DNA from: Anaeramoeba ignava BMAN
Lineage: Eukaryota; Protista; Anaeramoebae
DNA length: 64,000 nucleotides
Direction: 5' to 3'
NCBI GenBank assembly: GCA_028826165.1
Contig: JAPDFW010000071.1
Coordinates: 372,001-436,000 of the forward strand
In this document: in pieces, positions 40,711 through 52,600 of the stretch
Layout of the letters: every line of letters begins with the position of its first letter
Numbering within the stretch: the stretch's first letter is position 1
The notes under the pieces: generated by a model
Database searches by the model: none
What the model saw: the letters and a program-made list of their open reading frames with translations, nothing else
What the model was told of the DNA's origin: nothing
Translations under genes and position numbers: made by a program

Positions 40711-41080
40711 AGAACAAGCTTTGACAAGCAAGAATTCCTTTATAACAATAAAACTCTTGATTTTTTTCTCCAATTTGAATCACAACATCTGAAAATTTCT
40801 TGCCACTTTCAAAAAGTTTTTGGTTCCTTTTTTGATTTGAAACTAGCATTCTTGTTTGCAGGTTGATATATTCTTGATTTGTTTTATCCAGAAGTGATTT
40901 TTCTTCAATTTCTTTTAAAGGTTTTTCTTCGATTTCTTTTAATGATTTCTCTTCAATTTCTTTTAAAGATTTCTCTTCGATTTCTTTTAAATTTTTAAGT
41001 GTTTTGTTAAATTCTTCTTTTGTGAATTCCTTAACAATTTCTATTTTCTGTTTCGTTTTTTGTTTTTTATTCTGATTCAT
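40673..41080 (-). pseudogene. Truncated BTB/POZ-domain gene
   Basis: FSDVVIQIG..FYCYKGILACQSLFFSKIF is only the first half of a BTB domain; the ORF then runs into the satellite and stops. Confidence 0.6.
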
Positions 41081-41182
41081 TTTGTTTGATTTATTTGATT
41101 TGTTTTTGAATGTATTTATAATTTAAATTGCTTAAAAATAAAAAAATGATTTTTTGTTTTATTCAAAATTAAAAAAATAAAA

Positions 41183-41912
41183 TTATTTTCTTTTTCGAAT
41201 TGAATTTTCATTTGAATCAGAATCAGAATCAGAATTATAATTAGAATTAGAATTAGAATTATAATCTTTCTTTGATTCATCTTTATCTTCTTTTTTATCT
41301 TCTTTTTTATCTTCTTTTTTATCTTCTTTTTTATCTTCATTTTTATCTTCTTTTTTATCTTCATTTTTATCTTCTTTTTTCTATCTTCTTTTTTATCTTC
41401 ATTTTTATCTTCATTTTTATCTTCATTTTTATCTTCTTTTTCTCTTAATTTTGTAAAAATAACAATTAATCGATAAACAATAATTTGAAGTGAAAAACAA
41501 AATTCTGTTAAATAAAAATTTCTTTGAGATCGAAACTTTAATATTTGATATTGAGCCCATTTACTATCAGTTCTTTCTGTTCTTGAATGTGAATTTGAGT
41601 CAAATTTTCTCATTTCTAGAAAGAAATCTAAAAAGAAAATAATTTTAATTTTAATTTTAATTTTAATTTTGATTTTGATTTTAAATTTTAATTTTGATTT
41701 ATAATTTTAATTTTAATTTTAATTTTAATTTTACTTATTAACATTCCAATAGAAAGAACAAAAATTATCATTCTAATATGAATAACTTGTTTATGTTTAA
41801 GAAAAGCTAAAGTTTTATCAATAATTAAATTAGGAACTTTTGGAGCAAGAAATATTGTAACAATAATTGCAAAAAAACAAATTAGTAAAATAATTGAAAA
41901 AAAAAGTAACAT
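41183..41912 (-). CDS. BAP29/BAP31-like ER membrane protein
   Basis: Two exons; three hydrophobic segments and KFRSQRNFYLT (Bap31 signature). The charged tail has a probable 1-nt error and ends ...IRKRK at 41183. Confidence 0.72.
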
Positions 41913-42012
41913 TTTTGTTTTGTTTTTTATAAAAAATGAAAAAAAGGAAAAAAATGAAAAAAATGAAAAAAAATGAAAAAAAATTTTTATTTTAAAAGCA
42001 AAAAAAATAAAT

Positions 42013-44813
42013 TTATTTTGGAATCCAAAAATTTAAAGTTGAATTTCCTTCAGCAAACATTAAATAAACAGGATTGAATTTTGTAAATCTGATTAATTCT
42101 TGATTATATTGCATTACAGGAATTTCTTGTTTTTCTTCAACTCCCCAAAATGTTATATTTCCATCATCAGAACCTGTAAAAAATAATTTTTTTTTATACA
42201 AAATTTTGATTTAGGAATTTTTTTTAAACAAAAAAAAAAGTGGAATAAAAAAAAATTTTTTTTTACCAGAAAGAATAAATTTAGAATCTGGTGTAAAACA
42301 TGCTTCTATATTTTCAAATTGTTTATTTGATCTTGAATTGAAAATTTGTGTCTATTTTTTATCCGAATTTTAATTTTTATTTTAATTTTAATTTTTATTT
42401 GAATTTTGATTTTGATTTTGATTTTAATTTTAATTTTAATTTTAATTTTAATTTTAATTTTAATTTTAATTTTAATTTTAATTTTAATTTTAATTTTAAT
42501 TTTAATTTTAATTTTAATTTTAATTTTAATTTTAATTTGAATTTTAATTTTAATTTTAATTTTAATTTTAATTTTTAATTTTGATTTTTTTATACAATTT
42601 GTCCATTAAGAGGATTTATTAAAAGAACATAATTTGAATTTGTAGAAAGAAGAATATGAGTTTGTTTATGATTAAATTGAAATGAAGTCCATTGATATTT
42701 TGGAGATTTTGCAGGAAATTGAATATCCAAATCAAAAAATCCAAATGGTCCTTTTTCAATCTTCCTTAAATCAAACAATTTAATTTGAGGTTGATAAATC
42801 CCATTTTTAAAAAGAGTTGTTGCAACTCCAAAAACAACTCCAGCTGGGTCAAAAGCTACAAAAGGATCATCAATTTTTGCATTAATTTGTCCCTAAAATT
42901 TGGATTTTCAAAATCGGAAAAAAATTTTTTTGATTAAAATTTTAATTTAAATTTTCAAAATAAAATTGAACAGAGAATAATAAATTCCATTTTAAATCAA
43001 GATGTTAATTTCTTTTAATTTGATTAAATCATTTTTTTTAATAAATAGAGAAAATTTGAAATTTTCCAATTTGTTTTATTTATATATAATTAATAATTAC
43101 CACAAGACTAGGTGTACGTAAATCCCATACAAGAACACTTTTATCCAATGAACTTGAAATAAAAAAATCATCTCTAAGAGAAGGAGCAATGGACAAAACT
43201 CTTTTTGGAAAATTAAACAATAAAAATTATCCGATTTTATAAATAATTTTATAAATAATTTTATAAATAATTTTATATTTAATTTTATAAATAATTTAAT
43301 AAATAATTTAATAAATAATTTTATATTTAATTTTATAAATAATTTTATAAATAATTTTATAAATAATTTTATAAATAATTTTATAAATAATTTTATAAAT
43401 AATTTTATAAATAATTTTATAAATAATTTTATAAATAATTTTATAAATAATTTTATAAATAATTTTATAAATAATTTTTATATAATTTTTATTTTATATT
43501 TAATTTTATAAAAATAAAATATTTTTATATTTAATTTTATAAATAATTTTATAAATAATTTTATAAATAATTTTATAAATAATTTTATAATTAATTTTAT
43601 ATTTAATTTTATAAATAATTTTATTTTAAATAATTTTATATATAATTTTTTAATAAATAATTTTATATAATTTTATATTTAATTTATAAATAATTTTATA
43701 TTTAATTTTATAAATAATTTTATATATAATTTTATAAATAATTTTATATATAATTTTATATTTAATTTTATAAATTTTATAATAAATTTTATAAATAATT
43801 TTATATATAATTTTATATAATTTTATAAATAATTTTATAATTAATTTTATATATAATTTTATAAATAATTTTATAAATAATTTTATATTTTTAATTTTAT
43901 AAATAATTTTATAAATAATTTTATATTTAATTTTATAAATAATTTTATTAATAATTTTTATATATAATTTTATAAATAATTTTATTAATAATTTTATAAA
44001 TATTTAATTTTATAATTTTATAATTAATTTTATATATAATTTTATTAATATTTTTATAAATAATTTTATATTTAATTTTATAAATAATTTTATAATTAAT
44101 TTTATATATAATTTTATAAATAATTTTATAAATAATTTTATATTTAATTTAATAAATAATTTTATATATAATTTTATATATAATTTTATAAATAATTTTA
44201 TAAATAATTTTATAAATAATTTTATAAATAATTTTATAAATAATTTTATATTTAATTTTATAAATAATTTTATTTATAATTTTATATATAATTTTATATA
44301 TAATTTTACTTTTCTGTATGGCCTTTAAAAAAACGTATATATTTATTATCATGAAGTGATAAAAATCTAATTGAATGATCATTTCCAGTTGGAGGTTTTG
44401 ATGAACATAAAACAGTGTTTCCATATCCAATCCATTTTATAATTTCAACTCCATATTTTTTACAAAAAATCTTATTTTCATGTCTGTTTTAAAATTAAAT
44501 TATAAAATATTTTTTTTCTTTTTTTAGAAATTTTCAACTTGATATTGATTTTTATTAAATTTTTAATATTTGCTTTGGATTTAAACAATCATATATTGAT
44601 ATAGAAGAATCTGTGCGAGCAACAACAAGTTTTTCTCCATTTTCTTGAAATTCCATTGAAGAAATTAAAGGTCCCTTTTTAAAGATTTTTTTTTTTTGAA
44701 ATTCGTTTTGAAAATTTTTTCATTTTAAAAATCATTTTGAAATTTACTTCTTCATGAAAAGAATGTCCAACTCTCATTGATTTTAAAACTTCTTCAGTAA
44801 TTTCTTGTTCCAT
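42013..44813 (-). CDS. WDR82: WD40 protein WDR82/Swd2
   Basis: Seven exons. YDC..CKKYGV, DHSIRFLSLHDNKYIRFFKGH, FISSSLDKSVLVWDLR, AFDPAGVVFGVA, FTPDSKFILSGSDDG, KFNPVYLMFA. Confidence 0.92.
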
Positions 44814-44962
44814 TTGATTAAAAAAAAATGAAAATGAAAAAAATGAAAATTTTTAATTTGTTTTTTTTTAAATTTTTTTCAAAGTCAAAAAATCATTTTT
44901 TTTCTTTTTTTTTTTTAAATAAATTTCATTTTTCATTTTTTCATTTTAAAATAAAACAAAAA
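44814..44962. promoter_or_regulatory. 149-bp bidirectional promoter WDR82/CLP1 with mirrored TTTCATTTT clusters
   Basis: Three AAAATGAAAA copies at the left and three TTTCATTTT copies at the right. Confidence 0.55.
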
Positions 44963-47169
44963 ATGATTCAAGAAATACAATTATCAAGAGAACAAGAATT
45001 AAGAATTCAAGTTGAATTTGGCCAACAATTAATGATAACATTAAAAACAGGAACAGCAGAAATTTTTGGAGCAGAAATGGCTTCACATAGAACTTATTCA
45101 TTTACAGGAATAAGTTTTCCAATATTTACTTGGTATGGATGCACTTTACAAGTAAAGATTACAAAAATTTATTTATAAAATTAAAATTCATTTATAAAAT
45201 TAAAATTAAAATTAAAATTAAAATTAAAATTAAAATTAAAATTAAAATTAAAAATAAAATTAAAATCAAAATTAAAATTAAAATTAAAATTAAAATTTGA
45301 ATTAAAATTAAAATTAAAATTAAAATTAAAATTAAAATTAAAATTAAAATTCATTTATAAAATTAAAATTAAAATTAAAATTAAAATTAAAATTCATTTA
45401 TAAAAATTAAAATTAAAATTAAAATTAAAATTAAAATTAAAATTTAAAATTAATTTTTTGTTAAATAGATTCAAGGAGAAGCAAAACATTATATTTCAAA
45501 TAATTCACTCATGATTTCTTATCTTAATATACATTCAATTTTACAACATAAAAGAGAAATATCTCGCGAAAATATTAATATTAGAGGTCCTCGTGTTTTA
45601 ATTGCAGGACCTATTGATTCAGGGAAAAGTTCTTTATGTAAAATTTTAATTAATTATGCTACTCGTTTTGGTGAAAATCCTTGTTTTGTAGATCTTGATA
45701 TTGGTCAAGGAGAAATTACAATTCCAGGAACATTATCAACTACTATTGTTCATGAACCAATTGATATTGAAGTATTTATGATTATTTTTAGTGATCATTT
45801 TTCAAAATTAAATTTAAAATTCATTTATAAAATTAAAATTAAAATTAAAATTAAAATTAAAATTAAAATTAAAATTAAAATTAAAATTAAAATTAAATTT
45901 AAAATTAAAATTTAAATTAAAATTCAAATTAAAATTAAAATTAAAATTAAAATTAAAATTAAAATTAAAATTAAAATTAAAATTAAAATTAAAATTAAAA
46001 TTAAAATTAAAATTAAAATTCGGATAAAAATATAAAATTAAATTTAAAATTAAAATTAAAATTAAAATCTAAAAGGAAGGATTCTCATTATCTAATCCAC
46101 TTGTTTATTTTTATGGAAATCTTACACCAACAGAAAACACAACATTATTTTCTAATTTATTAAACAAAATTACACAAAGTGTCAATGAAAAATTACAAAT
46201 TTCTCAAAAATCTCGATCATCAGGATTAATTATAAATACAATGGGTTGGGTTGATGGATTTGGTTATTCCATTCTTTTTAAAACAATCACTTTATTTGAA
46301 GTTGATTATGTGCTTGTTCTTGGTGATGAACAACTTACTTATGAATTGAATAAAGATTTTAATAACATAAAAATGACAGATTTTCTTCACAAAATTCAAT
46401 ACAACAAAATGATTCTCAAAAACAATTTCAATCCCAAAACAATTACCCTAAAAATCCAGAGATTGTTTTATTAGAAAAGCCAATTGGAATCAAAAATAGA
46501 GATAGTAACTTTCGTCGTACAACCAGATTCTTTCGTATTCAAAAATATTTTTATGGAGCTTTAAATAACTTTTCTCCTTTTGTTATTTCATTTGATTTTC
46601 AAGCATTTATATTTCTTAAAATTTTTCGTGGTAAATTTATTTATAAAATTAAAATTCATTTATAATTCATTTATAAAATTAAAATTAAAATTCATTTAAA
46701 ATTAAAATTTAAATTAAAATCAAAATTCAAATTAAAATTAAAATTAAAATTAAAATTAAAATTAAAATTAAAATCATTTATAAAATTAAAATTAAAATTA
46801 AGTAAATCCACAACAAAATCAGAATCAAACTTCAGAAATTTATTCACAAGATCCTCGTTTTCAAATTATGGAAATTACTCCAGATCAAAGTCTTGAATAT
46901 TCAATTTGTGCAGTTTCATTTGGAAAATTTGAAGAAAATCAAAATTATGATAAAAATTTAGTTCGAGAAGAAAATGTAGCAGGTTTTCTTTTTGTGTAAA
47001 AATATTTTTATTATTATTTTGATATTTGAATATTTTATTAATATTTTAATATTTTATTTTAATTAGTTCAAAAGTTGAACCAGAAACTCAAACAATTTGG
47101 TTTCTTTCTCCAACTCAAACTCAATTCCCAGGAAATATTTTATTATTTGATGATTTGCAATGGAAATGA
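44963..47169 (+). CDS. CLP1: Polyribonucleotide 5'-hydroxyl kinase / mRNA cleavage factor CLP1
   Basis: GTAEIFGAEM, IFTWYGC, Walker A GPIDSGKS, DLDIGQG, INTMGW, KYFYG. Multi-exon; one probable 1-nt error near 46370. Confidence 0.93.
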
Positions 47170-47254
47170 ATTTTAAAATTCAATTCTAAAAAAAACCAAA
47201 AAAAAATAGAATTAGAATTTCGTTTTTATTTTGATTTTAGATTGATTTTATTTT

Positions 47255-47710
47255 AGAATTAAATTGTTTTGAATTAAATTGTTTTAGATTAAATTATTTT
47301 GGATTAAATTATTTTGAATTAAATTATTTTGAATTAAATTATTTTGAATTAAATTGTTTTAGATTATTTTAAATTAAATTATTTTGGATTAAATTGATTT
47401 GAATTAAATTGATTTGAAATTAAATTATTTTAAATTAAATTATTTTGAATTAAATTATTTTGAATTGAATTATTTTAGATTAAATTATTTTGAATTAAAT
47501 TATTTTGAATTAAATTATTTTGAATTAAATTATTTTGAATTAAATTGTTTTAGATTAAATTGTTTTAGATTAAATTATTTTAGATTAAATTATTTTAAAT
47601 TAAATTATTTTGAATTAAATTATTTTGAATTAAATTATTTTGGATTAAATTATTTTGAATTAGATTATTTTGAATTGAATTGATTTGAATTAAATTGTTT
47701 TGAATTAAAT
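47255..47710. repeat. 15-bp minisatellite (GAATTAAATTATTTT)n
   Basis: Visible array between convergent genes. Confidence 0.9.
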
Positions 47711-49182
47711 TATTTTTTTGATTTTTCATTATTTTTTGTAAAAAGTTCATCAAGTGGATTTCTTTTATAAGGCTTTTTCTCAATCTTCTGATTTTCAATT
47801 TCGTTATTGTGATCTTGAAAATAAGGAATATCAAAATTATTGAAATAAAAATTATCCAAATTATCTCCATTTTGGTAAACAGAAAGAGTATTTTTTGAAA
47901 GAAGATAAATATAAGCAGGTTTATTTTTATGTTGAATAGCCAAACCAGATTCATTAGAAGGAGGAATTGAGTAATCGGAATCAATCCAATTTTGGAAACC
48001 TTGGAAAATCCACTTATTCTCAGGTAAATCATCAAGAAAAGAAGAATGAAGAAGAGAAATGCGTTGGAATAACCAAAGAACAATTTGCTCAACAAAACCT
48101 TTTGGTTTATCATAAATTTCGGGAAAAAAATCCCGAATTTTAGCAAGTAATTCGAATTGACAAAAAGAAGCTCCAAATTCGCACCACCAAGTTATATTGC
48201 TCCACCATTCCATCAGTTTTTCGGTTGTTTCAAATTGAGGGAATTCTGGTGATTCATGAAATTTCCAACAATGAACAGTTTCATGAACAATAGCTTCAAT
48301 TAAATGATATAAATGATTAAGATATCTTCTTTTTTTGTTAGTTGAAAGAAAATCAAGTCGATTCCAATGACTTTCCTTGAAGTTTTTAATATCAGGATAT
48401 AATATTTCATAATTTCCATTTGCGTAAAAGGAAATCTCAATTGTTAATCTTTCTGGTTCTGGATTTTCCATGTTTTTTGTTTGTGTGATTATTATTTCTC
48501 TCAGTTTTTCTTCTTGTTTTGGATCTGATTTGAAACTTTCTTTTTCTTTATAGAGTTTTAAAATTGTTTCAACAGAACATTTGAGTCCAGTTTCTGCCCA
48601 CCATGAATAATCATAGAGATTTGGGTCTTGAATTATGTCTTCTAAATCAGAAATCAATTTTTGATATTTTTCAAAAGAGATTGGTATTTGATTTTGATTT
48701 TGATTTTCGATTTGATTTTGATTTTGATTTTCATTTTCATTTTGATTTTCATTTTGATTTTCATTTTGATTTTCATTTTGATTTTCATTTTGATTTTGAT
48801 TTTGATTTTCATTTTGATTTTCATTTTGATTTTGATTTTGATTTTCATTTTGATTTTCAATTTGATTTTCATTTTCATTTTGATTTTCAATTTGATTTTG
48901 ATTTTGATTTTGATTTTGATTTTGATTTTGATTTTCATTTTGATTTTCAAAAAGCAATATTATTTCTGATCCTTCTTCTTTTCCAAAATATAATTTCATT
49001 CCAATAGTTTTGAAGTTATTTTCAAGTCCAATTTTTGCTGCTTGTAAAAATTGTTTTTCAAAAATATTCATATCATTCATTTTTATTCCTAATCCATTTG
49101 GATATTTAGTTGAGATATTTGGTTTTAAACGATCAAGTAATAAAAGCATTTGACCAATTTCAATTGGTGAAATTTTCTCCAT
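47710..49182 (-). CDS. Hypothetical protein with HExxH zincin-like motif
   Basis: Intronless 490 aa; EAIVHETVHC with downstream WWCE; NQ/NE low-complexity insert. Confidence 0.65.
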   Translation of the reverse strand: MEKISPIEIGQMLLLLDRLKPNISTKYPNGLGIKMNDMNIFEKQFLQAAKIGLENNFKTIGMKLYFGKEEGSEIILLFENQNENQNQNQNQNQNQNQIENQNENENQIENQNENQNQNQNENQNENQNQNQNENQNENQNENQNENQNENENQNQNQIENQNQNQIPISFEKYQKLISDLEDIIQDPNLYDYSWWAETGLKCSVETILKLYKEKESFKSDPKQEEKLREIIITQTKNMENPEPERLTIEISFYANGNYEILYPDIKNFKESHWNRLDFLSTNKKRRYLNHLYHLIEAIVHETVHCWKFHESPEFPQFETTEKLMEWWSNITWWCEFGASFCQFELLAKIRDFFPEIYDKPKGFVEQIVLWLFQRISLLHSSFLDDLPENKWIFQGFQNWIDSDYSIPPSNESGLAIQHKNKPAYIYLLSKNTLSVYQNGDNLDNFYFNNFDIPYFQDHNNEIENQKIEKKPYKRNPLDELFTKNNEKSKK

Positions 49183-49299
49183 TTTAACTTTTTTTTTTTA
49201 AAAATTTAATTTATATTTTTTTTTGAGTTTATTTTTGTGTAAAAAAAAAATGATTTCTATGAAAATAAAAAAAAAATTTTTTTCAAATCAAAATTAACA

Positions 49300-50035
49300 G
49301 TTGAATAAAAATTAATTTATTAAAAAAATGAAATAAAAACTGATTAATTTTATTAAAAAAATGAAATAAAAACTGATTAATTTGAATAAAAAAGTGGAAT
49401 AAAAAATGATTAATTTGAATAAAAGAGTGGAATAAAAATTGATTAATTTTATTAAAAGAAAATGGAATAAAAATTGATTAATTAATTGAAAGAAAATGGA
49501 ATAAAAAATAATTAATTTTATTAAAAGAAAATGAAATAAAAATTAATTAATTTATTAAAAGAAAAAAATGGAATAAAAATTGATTAATTTATTAAAAAAA
49601 AATGGAATAAAAATTAATTAAATTTATTAAAAGAAAATGGAATAAAAATTGATTAATTTATTGAAAGAAAATGGAATAAAAATTAATTAATTTTATTAAA
49701 AAAAAATGGAATAAAAACTAATTAATTTAAATAAAAGAAAATGGAATAAAAACTGATTAATTTGAATAAAAGAGTGGAATAAAAACTGATTTATTTATTA
49801 AAAGAAAAAAATGGAATAAAAAATAATTAAATTTATTAAAAGAAAATGAAATAAAAATTGATTAATTTTATTAAAAGAAAAAAATGGAATAAAAAATAAT
49901 TAATTTTATTAAAAGAAAATGGAATAAAAATTGATTAATTTATTAATTAGAAAGTGGAATAAAAATTGATTAATTTTATTAAAAGAAAGAAAGTGGAATA
50001 AAAAATAATTTATTAAGAAAATGGAATAAAAAATA
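49300..50035. repeat. ~38-40-bp degenerate minisatellite (TGGAATAAAAATTGATTAATTTTATTAAAAGAAAA-like)
   Basis: Recurrent TGGAATAAAAA anchor. Confidence 0.85.
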
Positions 50036-50036
50036 A

Positions 50037-52401
50037 TTATTTCCGGAAAAAAGTACCAACTCCAGATGTTATATCAGCCATAAGACAAAACAAATAAACT
50101 TGAATAAAAGGATAATAAATATGATGAATAGCAACTCTTTCCAAATAAAGAATTAACAAAGTTAAAAAAACGGAATAAAAAAGAAGAACAGCAACACCAA
50201 CAGGAATTATTTTCATAAAAAATGAAGCAACAAAAAACGCAACAAGATAAATAAAAAAAGGAAAAAAAACGAAAGCATAATTCCAATTAGTTGTGTGATC
50301 AATTCTTAAACCCAAAAAAATAAAGAAGATCATAAAATCAAGACATATAGACAAGGAAACCCAAACCTCTTTCATTCTTCCATTTCCATACACTTTATCG
50401 TAAAGAAGAAAAGAAGGAATAAAAACCAGAAGAAGAAAAAATGGAATAAAAACAACACACCAAGAACACTTAATAAAATTATCAACTCTCAAACCGATCA
50501 GAATAATTTGGATGAAAAAAAGAAAAACAAAAGAAAAAAGAGAAACAGATTCATCAGTGCAGTAATAACGAACAGCTATCCGATAATACAAAGAAATTGC
50601 CAAATAAAAACTCAAAAGAAATAAAGGAATTTCAACTGCTAAATTTATTATCGACATTTTGGCATCAATTACTTTCTCAACTTTGAGTGTGATCAGAATA
50701 ACATATGCAGAAAATCCAAGCGAGAAAACAAATCCAATAAAACTCAAATTGTTCAAAGCTAGTTTTTCTATTTTGTTTCTTGTTTCATCTTTTTTTTTAT
50801 TTTTTAGTTTTCTTTCTTCATTCATTCTTTCTTTTTTGATAATTTTATGGATTTTTCTTCCTTTTGCAAGCATTTCTTCTTTTGGATTTTCTAATAAATT
50901 GATGTAATCAATTCTTTGTTCTTCTGTTGAGGCTAAAATTTGTTGACGATCATTACCATAAGTGAAATATTCTTTTTTAGTAGTTGAACCATCAATTTTA
51001 TTGTTATGGAAATATTTCTTCATTCTTTTTTCTCTTGATTTATCCATTGATTTAAAATGTTTTTTGCTCAAATTTGGGAATTTTGGATCTTGTCTTTTTT
51101 TTGAAATCAACTCCATTTCTTGATCAAGTAATGTTTGAAATCCAACTACTTTTCTATTTGATATTCTTGTATTTGGTTCAAAATAATCAAATATGAAAAA
51201 TTGTTGATATGATCTTGCTATTCTTCTCCATGTTTCTTGATCATCAAAAATTTCTTGGAAATAACGACAAGTTAAACCTAATTTAACGAAATCACCAGGA
51301 GCTAAATATTCACAAATCATCATTAAAACTATTTTGATTTTGAATTTTGATTTTGATTTTGAATTTGAATTTGAATTTGAATTTGATTTGAATTTGAATT
51401 TAATTTTGAATTTGATTTTGAATTTGATTTAAATTTGAATTTGATTTTTGATTTAAATTTGAATTTGAATTTTAAATTTGAATTTGATTTTGAATTTGAT
51501 TTTGAATTTGATTTTGATTTTGATTTTGATTTTGATTTTGAATTTGATTTTGAATTTGAATTTTAATTTTAATCTGAATTTGAATTTGAATTTGAATCTG
51601 AATTTGAATTTTGAATTTGATTTTGAATTTTGAATTTGATTTTGAATTTGAATTTGATTTTAATTTTGAATTTGATTTTGAATTTATTTTTGTTTTTGAA
51701 TTTGAATTTGAATTTGAATTTGAATTTAAATTTGATTTTCAATTTGAATTTTGAATTTGAATTTGAATTTTGAATTTGAATTTGATTTTCAATTTAATTT
51801 TGAATTTGAATTTGATTTTGATTTTGAATTTGATTTTGATTTTGATTTTGAATTTAAATTTGATTTTGATTTTGATTTTGATTTTGATTTTGATTTTGAT
51901 TTTGATTTTGATTTTGATTTTGATTTTGAATTTGAATTTGATTTTGAATTTAAATTTGAATTTGATTTTAAATTTGAATTTTAAATTTTGAATTTGATTT
52001 TGAATTTAATTTTGAATTTGAATTTGAATTTTAATTTTAATTTGATTTTCAATTTGAATTTGAATTTGATTTTGATTTAGAATTTGAATTTGATTTTGAT
52101 TTAAATTTGAATTTGAATTTGATTTTGATTTTCAATTTGATTTTGAATTTGAATTTTGAATTTGAATTTGATTTTGAATTTAAATTTATTTTTATTTTAA
52201 ATTTTAAATTCTATTTACTTTCTGGAGGTAATTGATTAATGATTAAATTTGGCGTATCTGGTGGTACTAATAAATTTTGAGTTGATTTTTGAAATCTTCC
52301 TTTATTAACTTATTTAACTCTTGTTCCCCAATATCTAAAACTCCTTTATTTTGTTCCAAATTTAAAAAAAATGTTAATTCATCACTACGAGAAAAATCCA
52401 T
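50037..52401 (-). CDS. F-box protein with multi-pass transmembrane (TMEM185-like) C-terminus, paralogue 1
   Basis: Exon 1 52219-52401 (contains a 1-nt shift), intron 51329-52218. F-box QLPPEILMMICEYL..DFVKLGLTCRYF; repeated LRVD..SWCVVFIPF and LRID..NYAFVFFPF TM motifs. Confidence 0.78.
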
Positions 52402-52600
52402 TTAATTTTGATTTTAATTTTAATTTTAATTTTGATTTTAATTTTGATTTTAATTTTGATTTTAATTTTAATTTAATTTTAATTTTAATTTTGATTTTTA
52501 ATTTTGATTTGAGAAAAAAAATGAAAAATTTTTCTTAATTTTTTTTTTTCATTTTTTTTTTTGCTTTTTTTTTGAAGTTTTAATTCAATCCAAAAAAAAA

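Noticed and set aside
46355-46480. Programmed frameshift in CLP1 (also SH3 ~11970-12425, CWC21 ~7280, BAP31 ~41380, F-box1 ~52310)
   Set aside because: All occur at or near homopolymer or repeat runs in otherwise intact genes. Long-read indel errors are the simpler explanation; raw reads would decide.
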